A stretch of DNA of 64,000 bases from Lama glama (lineage: Eukaryota). The position numbers were made by a program, and so were the translations under genes. The DNA lies in assembly GCA_028534125.1 (NCBI GenBank), contig CM052816.1, positions 39,248,001-39,312,000 on the forward strand, in the 5' to 3' direction. Shown piece by piece: positions 41,384 to 56,150 of this stretch. The notes below the pieces were generated by a model that was given only the letters and a program-made list of their open reading frames with translations, was not told where the DNA came from and did no database searches. Each line of letters begins with the position of its first letter. Position 1 is the stretch's first letter.

Positions 41384-44300
41384 TTTCCTAGAAACTCTTG
41401 TTTTTCTTAAGTTTTCAGCACTATTTGACACTTCAAACTGTGGCTATATTACTCATATAAAAATTAAAGTTAAAAACCTCTTGATTTGTACAGGAAAACT
41501 GATTTTTTTTTAAAGCATCCACTTACAAAGAGTTTTGTGGGCTTTTCAATGGAACATCTAAAATTTTCCTTCAGTTACACTTTTCTAAACTTTGCTAGAA
41601 TTTTCATGGCGTCTCCTCTTTGCCTCTACTTTTTCCGTGAGTTTAGGAAAAGAGATACCCAGAGACAGACGGATCTCAAAGTGAAACATACAGTTTAAAA
41701 ATGTTCTGAAATTTGTGATTTGTCTGAAAATTTGGAATAGATACACTGTGTCTGCACGAGATGCCAGATTAATAAACTAAAAAGGGAAGAATTTAGTCAG
41801 TCAAGGGAATGCAAAAAGTCTTTTAACCTACTGCCAGGTTTTCTCCATCTCGTATAGATACAAATTCAGTGCTTTATAGCATTTATATAAAAGTATTTTA
41901 ATACATTTGCTATGAAATGTTTAAACAGAACTGAAAGCTTTTGCATATACACACACAAATATATTCTTTTTTTTTTCTCATAGAAGTAGCCAAATCCTGA
42001 GTTTTAAAAAAGTTTCTTGACCACAGTAATAGAAATACATGGGAACAGAAAACTTCCTTTTTATGATCAGAAGCACAACCTTACCTTTTTTTTGATTGAA
42101 AACCAAATACTGGCAGCTTATGGCATGAAAATAATCAGGAATTGGTGAGAAAGGCAAGCTCTATGATTTGTTCACATGGGATAAATTTTAGCTCGATGTG
42201 TGCCTTAAGAGTTCTGGGCTCCACAGCTTTGTTAATCAAAAATCTGTATGTAATTAATGAAACACACTGAAAATCAAAGTAATCATTTTTCTCCATTACT
42301 AATACACAGCCTTAAAAACAGTCATTTGGACCAAATGACTATGTGATTATGGGGGATGTGATAATGAATACAATAACTAAGGTGACAAAGTAGCTTTCAA
42401 CAAAGTATCTTTTCAATCACTTGGAATTAACGGAAATAAAATCTAGTTTTGACTTAAGCTTTTGACATTTGTTCTCAGGCTTTCCTGAGGTATTGTTTCT
42501 GAAAGTCGAGGAAGTGTTTATTCAGCAATATTTGAAAACTGAAGTCTCAGGGAACAATGTCTACTTTTGTAAAAATTACTCTGTATATTGCCTCTTATAG
42601 CCACCCCTACATCAGTGATGGATGAACCTTAATATTGCAGAACCAAATATTCCATAAACTTTTAGTAATCTCCAAATTAATATTAGAAGCAAATTTCCTT
42701 GCTGTTAGTTTAATGCTGATAATTCATTGAGACCTGGTTTCTCCTCAACTTTTAAGCTGATTCTTCCTGGGGGGCTGTTCTTCTCGCCTCCTAGATGCCC
42801 AGTTTTCTCCTGTTCCCAGCCTGTCTTCTTGTTTCTGCTGTAGAAGAGTCACCCAAATCAGTTCTCAAATTCTAGAGCCACACCTCTGATTGTTCGGTAA
42901 GCGTCACATACGCAGCGCTGCCAAGAACAGAGGCAGAGTCTACACACATCGCTCTTCTTTTTGACTCTACTTATTCTATTACTTGCCTTGAGTTGCACAA
43001 ATCCAAACCTCCTTAAATCTTTTGGGCTCTTTACCCTTCCTTCCTGCACCAAGATGCTGCCATTGCTAAGCCACAGCCCTCGGCCCATCCCAAGGAGCTC
43101 ACGCACAGTCAGTTGTCTTACTTGCTGGCATCCTGAGGGAATTCTCTGGTCTTGGAAGCAGGTTTGATTCAGGTATGGAGCAGGCTGGAAATGCCAGGAA
43201 GTTGATGGCTTATAATTTAAACTAATGTTTAAAATATGTCAAATATACAGAAAATATTGAACTTAGTCCCCTAAAGAAGTTTTTTTCAGTGATTTTGCAG
43301 AGACTACATAATCACAATTTTATAAACTCAGCTACTGATTTATGGAAATATTAGAGAGAAGGTTGCAGAACATTTGTCAGAAAATGAAAAGACATGTCAA
43401 AGTGTCCTCATAGTGTGAGCATGAAACATACATTTCTTTTATCGTATTGCCCATTCTTTTAAAGAAGGTGTGGAAATCCCTGCCTCAAATCATAATAATT
43501 ACATTTATTGTCGCACAAATCCAGTGAATGGGCCCCCTCTCCACCTGCTTCCCATACCAGGGCATCAGCTGCCAGTCATTCGTTCCCCGGCATATCTATG
43601 ATGGGCTTGCTAGTTTATATGTGGCTTATCCATGACCTGTTAGTGATTTTTCCCTAAGCAGTAAAGCCAGGTCATGACTAGAATGATAATGGAACACTGT
43701 GAGCGGGGAGAAGAGGGCTGTGGTGGAACCTGACGCAGGGTGCCTTACACAGACCTCGAGCCCTGTCAGTCTTCCTGTGCTACACACGGCACTGGTGTTG
43801 CTGGCCAGTCAGTGCTAACCAAGTTCTGGACTCCTGGTAGAAGAGCTCCGCATAGCCCAGGCAGGACGTGTGTAAGGGACCTCTTGTAAATCATTGTCAG
43901 GGACAGATGCTAATATGTAATAAGTTCGTTGGTCATGTTTCAAGTTCTGCTACTGAACTAGTCACGAATGTGCCTCAGAAATTTAGGGTAGAGAAGATGT
44001 CACATATATCTTTGCATACATTCAAATCACTGATCTCATGGTTGGTACTTAATTAATCAATAAAGTTCAGATACATCCAGAACCTGTTATGTTCCTAAAA
44101 TTAATCCAAGTGTCTTCACACATATTAACTTCTTTAGTCCACACAAACCTTTTAGGGTGGGGTTAATAAATGAAGAAATGGAGGTTTGAGAAGGTTAAAT
44201 GACTGTTACTCAAACCATGCACTACAGAATGAATGAATGAATACATTTTAGAGCTTGTAGGCACAGTAACATGAAGACCTCTCTTCTCTGCACACAACAC

Positions 44301-44899
44301 ACACACAATGTATCTTTTCTGAAGCAGCGTTAAATCCAGTAAATAATTGTTCTGAATAGTTCTATAACTAAGCATAGTCCAGGTAATGAGTTTCAATACT
44401 TAGAAATAATAGCACTTATTGTAAAATTTACTGCATATTAACAGAAATCCTAGGTAAGGAGAAGACCATAGGAAATCATTTAGATTATTTCACAACATTG
44501 GACATTTTTTTTCCCTGATAAACTGAAAGAAACACCAGTGTGAAATATGTCCATTGTTATCACTGTTTACTTTATAAATTTAACTTCTCTTCACAAAATT
44601 AATCCGAAATGAAGTGTTACTGCATCAGAGGTAACTAGCCCGGCACTGCCAGTCAGGGAGTTTAGAATGGAAATAGGGAGGCTGCTTCTTTCCCTGCCAG
44701 AAGCATTTTCATCCTCCCGTAATTTCCAAATGACCTTTTCCCCACCTTCTCAATCCATTCTCTAGGCTTTTATTGCTTCATAGGACCAATTTCATGAAGA
44801 GTTGGAAGATGCTGAAAATGCTTAGAGACATCCTACAGGGTTGTTGTCTTCTTATTGAGAAGAAATTTGCATTAGTTTGAATTATTTTTCCTTAGATTT

Positions 44900-45259
44900 A
44901 CTTGTCAGTATCCTGCTTCCCAATATTGAGGTCATGACCCCAATTGGCTATATTCCCCGTGTAGTACAATACATCTTTGGGCCTGTCTCACACCCCGTAG
45001 TTTGTACTCCCGCCTCTATATTGCCCCTCCCCCCACCACTGGTAACCACTAGTTTGTTGGTCTAGATCTATAAGTCTGCTTCTTTTTTGGTTTATTCACT
45101 AGTTTGTTGTATTTTTTAGATTTCACATATAAGTGATGTCATACAGTATTTGTCTTTCCCTGTCTGACTTCACTTCACTTAGCATAATGCTCTTCAGGTC
45201 CATCCATGTTGCTGCAAATGGCAGAATTTTGTTCTTTTTTATGTCTGAGCAGTATTCTA

Positions 45260-45293
<34 letters not shown>

Positions 45294-45765
45294 ATTTACA
45301 TACCACATCTTCTTTATCCAGTCATCTATTGATGGACACTTAGGTTGCTTCCATGTGTTGGTAATTATAAATAATGTTGTTATGAACACTGGGGTGCATG
45401 TATCTTTTCAAATGAATGGTTTTTGTGTTTTTTCCTTATGTGTATATATATATATGCAGGAGTGAAATTGCTGGGTCATATGGCAGTTCTATTTTTAGTT
45501 TTCTAAGGGAATTCCATACTCTTTTCCACAGTGGCTGCACCAATTTACATTCCCACCAATGGTGTACAAGGTTTCCCTTTTCTCCACATCCTCACCAGTA
45601 TTTGTTATTTGTGTCCTTTTTGATGATAGCCATTCTGACAGGTGTGAGGTGATGTCTCATTGTGGTTTTTATTCGCATTTCCCTGATGATTAGTGATGTT
45701 GAGCATCTTTTCATGTTCCTGTCGGTTGTCTACATTGCCTCTTTGGAAAAATGTCTATTTTGTTC
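44900..45765 (-). mobile_element. L1 ORF2 C-terminus/3'UTR fragment with internal (TG)n
   Basis: ORF track WKQPKCPSIDDWIKKMWY..ILPFAATWMDLKSIMLSEV = L1 ORF2 end. Confidence 0.9.
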
Positions 45766-47873
45766 TTCCTGTTCTCTTAGCAAGGAAATACTAAAGATCT
45801 TGTTATAGCCTTGAAATTAGAGAAAGACCTGTTTTTCCTTATCCCTGAGAACAAAATTGCCTGAAAACGCCAAGTTCAAAACTTTAAAAGTCTGATGATT
45901 TGTCTTTCTTCTCTCATGATTAGACACATCATATTCTGTAGAATTAGGTAGTTAAAAGGCATAAATAATTAGGAAATGGAGATCTCAATTAAGGGTACTC
46001 TTTTGTTTTTAATTAACTATGCCCTTAAATAAAATGAGCTCTTAAATGAAGTCATTATTATGTATTTAATGATGAGATTTAAAGGATTTGTTTGGAGTAA
46101 CCATAGGTCAGAACCTAGATGCTTGCATGTCACTCACCTACCCTTCAGTTAAGGTGAAATTATGAAAAAAGTTATGGGCTTATAAAAGTAAATATGGTAT
46201 TAATTATTATAACAATCTGGTACTAATTCTTTGTAATGATAATTAACATAATAACATGGTATTTATTTTTGTTTTGAATATTTGGCCCTGCTCTTTCATA
46301 TACTGTTAGTTTACTGGTAACTTTAGGGATCCAGGAATCTGTTCTTTTTATTTTACTACAATATTCTGATGGCTTAGAAAAATCAAGGTCGAATCTCTGC
46401 TTTCAGGAATGAGGCTTCTCTTCATGTAGCCTAAAAATTAAAAGTAAATATGTAGCAGGGCTCTTTGCAGTATCTTTATTGTAGTCATAAAATAATAGAG
46501 CATTATTTCTGGGAAGTTCTTGACATCATTGACTAAGCTTTTAAAGGAATATCTTAACAGAGAAGCTTTAGAATTAATGAAAAAGGAAAACAAATTTCTA
46601 GCCATAAAGTACTGCCATACTTCCAGTTTCTTGTTGCTGGTCTCTGTCATTGATATTTTATGGGTCATCTGAGAAATGGCTCTAATTTCTATCTTCATTT
46701 ATAGTATTTTAGAAATTGGCCCACGAATAAATAGTTAAAGAAAAACTGCCTTTAGAATGAATGAGATGAGTCAACTTTGTGTTTTCTTCCATACATCTCC
46801 ACAGTACAAAGATGACATGGGAGAGCCATCAGGGGCTTGGACCGGACTAGCTTCATCCAGAGCAAGGACAAAGTGTCTTCTCAGCGTGGCAGGCAGCCTG
46901 TTAGTGTAATAAAAGCAGACAAGCCTGCTGAGAATGGAAAAGCTACTTTAACCAAATCAAACTTTCTCTCTTAGTTTAACGTGTCATTTAGCTTTAATTA
47001 GAGTTGTGTGCTTAAAAAATGCGTTGTATCATTCCTGGTATTCCCAGGTTTGCATTTTATCATTTGAAATTTTGAAGTGGAGATGCTAGTTTTAAGAGAA
47101 AGTAAAGCAGATCCCCAAGCTTAAAAATCAATCAAGCTATTTGAATTCTTTTTTCTTATTCTGTGGGGGCACATTCTTTGTTCAATTTTTCTCCTCCTCT
47201 TAGAGTCTAAACCTTGTATCAATCTTTGATCTTTTAGGTGAAAATTTGTGTGGCATTAAGTAATAGCTAATCAATAATTTGATCTTTTAGGTGAAAATCT
47301 TTTTCTATCTTGATATGTAGGAAGGGTGCAGAATTGTGAGAATAGGCATTGGACTCACATCCTTTCTTTACGAAATAGATTTTCTAGGAATAAGAAATAT
47401 CCTATGTGAAATTGTGTAATGGGGTTGAATATTTATTCGTTGATACTTACCTGTTCACCTGAAAGTGTTTCTTACTTCTTATAATTTGTCTGACTTCCCT
47501 TGCAATGCCTTGACTGCAGGGTAGAACAGAGCGATCATGTCCTCCCGCTCCTCCCTTACTATGGTAACTTACAGTACAGTAAGTGCATTCAAATTCAGCA
47601 ATTTTAACAGTTTCTTTAGGTAAGTTGTTAACTTATTCTCTTTAGGATGATTCAGTATCTCAGAAATCGTTTGTCGTTTCCAGCTGTTTGCCAAGATGCC
47701 TTCTGGTACATGCGACATGGGGCTTATGTGACCTCGTAGTGATGTGAGGAGACAAGGGCTGTGAAATCAAGTCATGTTTCTCTTGATTTTCTCTGGTCTC
47801 TGCTGTAGAGTGACTAGTTCTGTATATTCCTTGTATTAATATTTACTGTGGTGTTATCCATGGATGTTTGGTC

Positions 47874-48203
47874 TATTAAAAGATAAACTGAGGCATTTAA
47901 AAATTTTTAAGAGTTGATTTGAGCAAAAATCGATTCCAATTGGGTAGCTCCAAACCAGAAGTGGTTAAGAGTACTTGACAGACAGGAGCTTGGAAGAGAT
48001 TTTTACAGAGTAAAGGTGGAAACAAAGCAAGGAAATTATTGATTAGCTATTACTTAACACCCAGTTGGCTGTTTTGTGATTAGTTGTTGTTACCTTTGCA
48101 ACCTTGCAGCACTTACAGGTGTAGATTTTGGTTTGCTTACAGAGGCTGCTGGGGCGGTCGAGCCACTTCAGTCTAACAGCCTTCTTGTTTAATTAATGTA
48201 ACA
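47874..48203 (-). mobile_element. ERV-type solo LTR
   Basis: aaagataaactgaggcatt..tgatttgagcaaaaatcgattc..ccaaaccagaagtggtt..ttaattaatgtaaca resembles laurasiatherian LTRs. Confidence 0.6.
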
Positions 48204-49751
48204 GGGCATTGCGCTGAGACTTACTTACTATTGGGGTCCACCTTTTGCCACCAGCCATGAAGTCCCTACGCTTGGCATTCTCTGGATCCCAATCCTATGT
48301 GCTTCTGATCAGCCACTGTGTCCCTTTCCTAGGGACAAACTACTGATTGAGAGGGAGAAACAAGCTTTGAAACAGGAGAGTATAGATCAGGAGATATTTA
48401 AAAAACACTGTGCTTCCACATGGCCCACTTTTGCTTTTCCCATTTGCATAAGCAAATGACAATAAACAGGCAGTTGAAAGTAGATTGTTACTTTGTTTTT
48501 CTTAGTAATACTAAAATATTCACATGAATTTTCTCTTTTCTCAAATGAAGTAAAATATTTTGATGATGAATGATCTCGATACGTGGAAAGTAAATCAGAA
48601 AGATCTCTTAAGCATAATACTGTGCTGTTAGCAACCACGTGGAGTCCTCAGACTGTGTTTCTATCACGCGTGAGTTCTGTCAGCTCTTTACATGAATGGA
48701 TATATAACTATTCTATCTTTATTTTTATTTATCAGCTCTAAATTGTATAGTTCGATGCAAATTGGGAGTGGATGTTCAACTACATTTGGGATCATTATAA
48801 AATAATATAGTGGACCTCCGTGTTTAGAGGATAGTACATACCTTTATTCATTTTTGGTTTTGACTCAGAACATTGGGAAACATCTGAATGAGGTTTTTCT
48901 GTAACCACACTACTTACTTATTTTTCACCATAATTTTATGTTACAGTGAAGATCAAAGCCACCATCCACAGACATTAGGTCTAAGTCATATTTTTAGTTG
49001 CATCTTTAGCTGAACATGGTCATATTTAACAGGAGAATTCTTAGGAATTTCGGATAGTATTTATATTTTTTAAATCCATAATTTATATTCTCCCGTCAAC
49101 ACTTACTTATATACTACTATACCTTCTACAAAAGTAGATTCACTGATGTTTTTATTGTTATTCACAGGGGTGGGGTTTGGTTATCATTTTTGCATCATAA
49201 ATTATTCATACAGCATCATTGTTTATATGCTTGAAATTGGATCTGTTACTTGGTTTCTAGACTTCCCATGAGCTGATTGAGAGCTGTTTCAGTTTGTCAG
49301 CCAAATGCTGTATCTTTGACTCCTTCATGAGAATTCAACTTAAAATGATTTAAAAATTTTAAAAGGATTGTTCATAGCAAGGGCAGGTGTGCTGCAAATA
49401 TATGAGGATTCTGGTGATCTCTGTATTCTATGTTCATCTAGTGTGTGTGCATATGCATAGATGCGGGGCACTCCAGGGACAGCAGGCAGTATTGGTGATG
49501 ATTAACTGGGAGGCCTTGAAGCAGAGGCCCATGGACGTCTTCTGCTCTTATCTTCATAATAATACTTATCTAGTCAAACACTGACCTCTGTAAATCCACA
49601 TTTCTATCTGCTCACTGCCTGTACCCGATCAGCTGAACGTATCTGGAGAGGTATAGCCAATGTATTGGTTTCATTTTTCATTTATGATCATAATCTCAAA
49701 TGAGTCCTCAGGACAGTCCAGCTGTGGGAGCCCATGACTGGGTTAACAAAT

Positions 49752-50464
49752 TGTAACAGACCCCAGCCGCTTCTGGGCTGGTGGTCTGCTTTAACATATC
49801 TATGAGAATGAATATTATTCCCCTGTCCCTATGACTTCCCTAAAGGTAAACTGTAGGCCCGCAAAGAAATGAGTCTTGGGCTGGAATGATATACAAGTTA
49901 TAAAAAGCGGCAGACTCAGAGGTGAAACGGCTGGTTAGCCAATGATGGGTAAGACCCCGAGAGGGGGGCAACCTAAGACAGGCACAGCCGCCTGAGTCCA
50001 AGGTAATAAGCTGCAAACTCAGAGGTGAGAAGGCTGGTTAGCCAATGACGGGTAAGACCCCCAGAAGGGGGCAACCTAAGACAGGCACGGTCGCCTGAGT
50101 CCAAGAAAAATGTTAAAGCAGCTACTTCTCAGACATTTTGCCCTGATAAGCTGTAAGGCTCACTGATGTCAACACAGATACGACTTGCTAAAACCTAGAG
50201 GGCCTTCTGACCTTGAGCCAGACTCTACAATCTAAATCCCACCCTGTCTTTCCCTAAATTGCTGCATTCCATCACACAATGGTCAATGATTTCCCCTTTG
50301 ATTATAGACAATAAATGTGCGAGCAGTTGAGAGGTTCGGGGAGTTGGCTCCCGATTCCCTATTGGTCTCTTGACTTTTTCCACGGAGTCTTGACTAATTC
50401 ATTCCATTTCGTTGGGACTTCTGCTGGCCAGAACCCATGACTGGTGACGAACCCACATCCAGCA
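49752..50464 (+). mobile_element. ERV1/gamma-like LTR with duplicated 89-bp U3 block
   Basis: TGTAACA start; repeats 49914-50002 and 50017-50105, each with CCAAT; AATAAA 50310-50315; 3' end uncertain. Confidence 0.75.
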
Positions 50465-51008
50465 AAGCTATTACCCTGTAGAGAAAGAGAAGCTGAAGTA
50501 ACTGAGGAGCTCTGAGGTAGTGGGAGGAGGTTCTTCATATCTGAATGGATAGGATCCATTGGCTACGTGATGGGCAAGACTTGGGCAAGAGCATGGATTT
50601 CTCAACTGTATTTCCAGAAGAGTAGGCAGAGTAATTCACTCTTACTTCCAAGAAAATGATTCCCCCATTCTCATCTCATTCCAAACCTCTGCTCACTCTC
50701 TCTGTTCCTGGTCTCAGCTAATTTTGTCTCATTTCCCTGAGAAAATAATCTGAGCAATTCAAAGAAAACTATCTTATCTTCCACCTGCCAATCTATGCAC
50801 CTACTTGCATAACTATGTTTTTACTTGGCTTTCTCTTTTGTTACTTTGGTTGGATAGTCCATGATGCTACTTAAGTCTTGCCCATGATGTGACCAGTGGA
50901 TACCCTCCACTCTCACATGAAGAACCTTCTGTAATTATCCTAATACTCTTCAGCATCTTCAATTTCTCCTTCTCTACTGGGTGAATATTTGCTACTTATT
51001 ATACAGCA

Positions 51009-51009
<1 letters not shown>

Positions 51010-51046
<37 letters not shown>
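51010..51046. repeat. (TA)n microsatellite
   Basis: Read directly. Confidence 0.9.
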
Positions 51047-51049
<3 letters not shown>

Positions 51050-52429
51050 TGTATATATGTAATATATTATTTCCTATTAAAAATAATCCTAGATCCACAT
51101 GGCCCTCTAGCTGTTGTTGCTTTCTCCTTTTTATAACAAAATTCCTCCAAAGACTTATATATTCTCCTTCTCTCCCTTTTCTCCCTTCCTACTCCTTCCT
51201 CAACCCACCCGAGTTTCACTTCCACGGCTCCACTCAAATTGCTATTGTACAAATGCTTTGTGACCTTCATGTTTGAAACCCAATGAAGATAAACACATTT
51301 ATCCAGGATGATCTGTCTCTCCACTGGACCAGTCAAGATAAGGAGAAATACAAAGCTCTTTTTACTAGCTCTCTGATGAGGTTTCAGATGGTTGAGGTGA
51401 GTCACTCTGTTGTCCGGCTCCAGGCAGTGGTGGGGACATCAATGAAGGAGAACTTCTGAGAATACCCTGGGGACTCTCAGATCCTTCCAGGTATCTGGTC
51501 TGCTCTGAGGGCACTGAGTGAACAACTCTTTTTAACTTTATTACCTTCTATAATCTTAAATGATGTGTCTCATTCAAAGCTATTTCACTTCTCATATATT
51601 TCTCCTTGACTTCCTTAGACTAGAAAGTGAGAGGCAAGTAGCCATGAAAGAAATAAAACTGAAAAAACAAAGTATGTGATAAGAACTGAATTGCAGGTAA
51701 CAAAATAGTATGTCTAACATTATGAAAAATGAGGACATATTTGGCTTTAAAAACTAAAGAGGAGGAAATTTCATTATTGAAACAGCTCATCCTTGTGGCT
51801 ATTACCATGCATCCTTTAAAGAGTAACTACCTTAACCTCCTATCTTAATATTATTTCCAATTAAAAAACTGCTTATAATCATCCTCTGTGTGGCAAAGTA
51901 CTGTACTCTTCATTTGTCCGTTGTACTTACTTATAAGTTATTTTATTTCACTTTAATATTTTGTTTTACATCATTCAATGCACAAGAAAATTTCACTGTT
52001 AAAGTAATTCAGTTACAATCTATTATGGAAAGTGAATAAGTCTTTAGGAAAATGTAATTAAGCCTGTTTGGTGAATTCAGATTTTGTTAGTCAGAATATA
52101 AAACAGTGGTAAAGGCCATACAAGCCTGCCTCAGAGCTCTGTGCCTTGGCAAAAACTTACATGTCCCTAGAACTTTTGACTCCACCTTGGAAAAGATGGG
52201 TTTAGATGAAAGGCATTGCTTATTTGGAGGAATAGGGATGAGATTTTTATTAAAATCATTTTTGAAAATTGCTGCCAGACAGGGTATAATTGAAAATGGT
52301 TGTTCTCCTGTAAGTGGTTTATAATGTGTACTGAAATGTGCCCTGAGCTCAACCCCTCCAGCAGTCTCTGCTTCTCTTAGCTGTGAGAAGTAAAGCACCG
52401 GGTACATTGCATACCGTTGGTTTGATATC

Positions 52430-52990
52430 CAGAGAAAAATGTAATTTAAAAAGACACACGCATCCCAATGTTCACAGCAGCACTATTTACAATAGCCAAG
52501 ACATGGAAATGACCTAAATGTCCATTGGCAGATGACTGGATAAAGAAGATGTAGAATATTTATACAATGGAATACTACTCAGCCACAAAAAGGATAAAAT
52601 AATGTCATTTGTAGCAACATGGATGGACCTGGAGATCATCATTCTAAGTGAAGTAAGCCAGAAAGAGAAAGAAAAATTCCTTATGATATTGCTTATATGC
52701 GGAATTAAAAAAAAAAAAAGAAGAAGAACATAAGTGAACTTACCTACAAAACAGAAACAGACTCACAGACATAGAGAACAAACTTAGGGTTATCCAGGGG
52801 GTAAATGGGGTGGGAAGGGATAAATTGGGAATTCAAAAATTGCACCTCTTGGGGAGAAATGGAAATGTTAGCTATCTTGATTGTGGTGGTGGTTTCATGG
52901 GTGTATTCATCTATCAAAATTCATCAAATTGTACATCTGAAATATGTGTTGTTTACTGTACAGGAACCATACCACTATAAAGGTGTTTAA
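52430..52990 (+). mobile_element. L1 3' end (ORF2 C-terminus + 3'UTR) adjoining an older L1M 3' fragment
   Basis: aatgttcacagcagcactatttacaatagccaagacatgga..ggatggacctggagatcatcattctaagtgaagtaagccag. Confidence 0.85.
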
Positions 52991-53599
52991 AAAACACACA
53001 CACACACAAAGAAAAAGGAAGAAGTGGCCTGCAAATCTGAATTCTTTGCCTGAGGCCACATAGAAACAAGACAACATCTAAAAAGTTATCTCCTCAAATT
53101 TAAAGCAGTTATAAAATCAACAAAACCATTCAAAGGGGTTGAGATCAGGTATCACTTAACTGACTTCATTTCACCTGTAAGTGGGTTCCTTAAGAAGCTA
53201 GTGGACACATCCTTATTTGGTGGTCAATGTGAACTCAGTCTTGATAACTATGAACATGTTGCCTCATAGAAGAGAGAGTGGGAGTTGTGTGGCATTTGGC
53301 TTAACTGATGTATTGACAACGAAATATTGTGCACAAACATACTTTGAAACATACTACAGTAAGATTTTTGGCAGGGTGTTCCTCTTTGAACATCAGGCTT
53401 AATCTTACAATAAGGTTTGCATCACCATACTCTGCAGTAAGACATGAGCACTATTTCCTTATACCTGACTCTGACTCCTAAATCTGACCACCTGTGTCAT
53501 TTTTGGTAGTCCTGATGGTGTTGTCTTTCTCCACAGTGACTGTGCATTCCTTGAAGGCAGGGAGAGTATTTTTATTTTATCGTTTGTGAACTTAAAAAA

Positions 53600-54105
53600 A
53601 ATGAAGTATAGTTGATTTACAATGTTATATTAGTTTCAGGTATATAATACAGTGATTCAATATTTTTTACAGATTATACTCCATTTAAAATTATAAAGTA
53701 ATGTCTACATTTCCCTGTGCTATACAGCATATCCTTGTAGCTTATTTATTTTATATATCATAGTGTGTACGTCTTCATCTCTTACCCTGTCTTGCTCCTC
53801 TCTCTCTTGTTCCCTTCCCTCTCCTCACTGGTAACCACTAGTTTGGTGCTTTATATCTGCGAGTCTATTTCTGTTTTGTTATATGTGTTCATTTGTTTCA
53901 TTTTTTAGAATCCACAATACGGGATAACACAGAGTATTTGTCTTTCTCTGTCTGATTTATTTCACTAAACATAATACTCTCTAGGTCAATCCACATTGTT
54001 GCAGACGGGAGAATTTCATTCTTTTTATGGCTGAATAATATTCCATTGTATTATACACCACATCTTCTTTATCCATTCATCTGTTGATGGAGACTTAGAT
54101 TGTTT
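53600..54105 (-). mobile_element. L1 3' end
   Basis: tgaagtatagttgatttacaatgtt..ttccctgtgctatacag..ccattcatctgttgatgga. Confidence 0.85.
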
Positions 54106-55619
54106 ATCTCTTATACACTTTAAAAAATGTTTAGCACAGACCTAAGCATAAGATGTATGCTTAATTCATAATTTTGACTTGATGTGGTTTATCTGACCTT
54201 AAAATGGCTGTCTGCAAGATGGTGTGGGTCAACTTACAAAGTGATTTCTTTTCAGAGTCTCCTCTGTCCTTACAATTCCTTTGAAACTATCCAGGATACT
54301 GTCCCCTGACTCTATCTGGGCCTTGAGGAGGACATACAAATAAGTGGGTCACTGTCTGTCCTTTTTCCTCCTATCTTCTTTTAGAATCTGTAGGGCCATA
54401 TTTTGTAGCTTTTTCTTCCTTTTTTGTTTTCCTTTGCTGAATCACTAAGACTTTTCATTGTATTTTTGGAAAGATGGTTTTATGCTTTCTACTTCCTCTT
54501 TATTGTATCCTTATTGCTGACTCCAGGCTCACAACTCACCGTCATATTTTCACATCCAACTGCCAAAGCAAGTCCAATACCTGGGCCCCCAGAATCAGAA
54601 TAGGTACTGTTACAGAATTATTATATGTATAATTATATATGTAATTATATGTGTATATTTTACATATTATATTTTTATATGTGTATATATTTTTATGTAT
54701 AATATTAATAGCAGGTATGTTGTTACGTGTAATATTGTATCACTCCTCTTCCATTAATTAGTCCTAACTTTTTTCTCTTTTTTCATGTAAAATACTGTGT
54801 AAAGACAGGTGTACCAAAAACGTTTGTAAAATACTATTTGCCCTGTGTGACTGAGAATAGTTGTTTCAGTTAATGAATGTGTCATCACACTGTTTGTCAT
54901 GTAATATACTTTTTTATGTATACAATTTGATGAGTTTGTAAATAAGTATACACCTGTGAGACTGTCACTTATAACCTATGCCATAAACATACCAATCACC
55001 TCCAAAAGTTTCCTGACATCCTCTTTACTTTTTATTACCTGATACCACTTATATGAGAAATATAAAACAGGATTTTTAAGGAAGAGAGAATAAGACATCA
55101 TTTCAATAGACTGTAATTTGTTTAATCTTTAATAATTTTTTTATTTTGGGACAGTTTTACATTTATAGAGTTTTTACACAAAAAATTTACAAATAAACTA
55201 GAGAGTTCCCCTTATTACATTAATGAACTAATGTTGATACATTATTATTTACTAAAATCTATATTTTACTCAGACTGCCTCAGTTTTTTCCTAATGTTTT
55301 CTTTACCAGGATCATCCAGTAGTCATGTTTCCTTAGGGTCCTCTTGATTGTGATATTTTCTCAGAATTTCCTTATTTTCTATGATTTTGATAGTTTTGAG
55401 AATTACTGGTCAAATATTTTGTAGAATGTCTCTCAAGTGGGATTTGTTTATTGCTTTTGTCAAGAGAAGACTGGGTGATGGGTTTGGGGAAGAAATATGC
55501 CCAAGGTAATGTGGCATTTTCATCACATCATATCAAGATCACATTACTGTTGATGTTACCTTAATGCTATTTGTCAGGTTTCTCTTTGTTTTTTGTTTTT
55601 GTTTTTTGTTTGTTTGTTT

Positions 55620-56150
55620 GTTTTTTGATGCTCTCTGCCAACCTCTATCTTTTATTTGGTGTATTTAAGCCATTTACATTTAAGATAATTATTGATATGT
55701 TAGGGTTTAAGTTTGCTGTTTATTTTCCTTTTGTTTCTTCTGTTACTTTTTCATTCCTTCTTGTGAGTTAATTGAACATTTTTTAGGATTCCATCTTCAT
55801 TTATTTACAGTGTTTTTGAGTGTATAGTTCACATAGTTTTCTTAGTGGTTGCTCTGAGTGTAACAGTGAACAGCATAGCCTCTCAGAGTTTGCCAGTTCT
55901 ACCATCTAGAACTTTCATTGAGGACCTTTACTCTCCATGCTTTTAAATAGCATTGTCTTGAGTGTCTGCTGGTGTTAAAATTTTTGTCTTAGTCATCACA
56001 TATGATTTAGAAAACTCATGAGAAGAAAGCCAGTGTATTGCATTTACCCATTTTTCTGTTCTTTCCATTTTTCTCTTTCTTTCCTGATGCTCCAAGATTC
56101 TTTCTTTGATCATTTTCTTTCTGTTCAAGAACTCCTTTTAGCCATTCTTT
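55620..56150 (-). mobile_element. Old L1MC/L1M fragment (left part; resumes at 58047-58145 after the retrocopy)
   Basis: ..aagaactccttttagccattcttt | aatagtcaggcttctagtgacaaactct..atctttatttctcctt..tgaaggatagtttc is collinear with the recalled antisense L1M consensus. Confidence 0.75.

Noticed and set aside
47225..47298. 21-bp direct repeat tttgatcttttaggtgaaaat (47225-47245, 47278-47298)
   Set aside because: Only two copies; ordinary local duplication, not an array.
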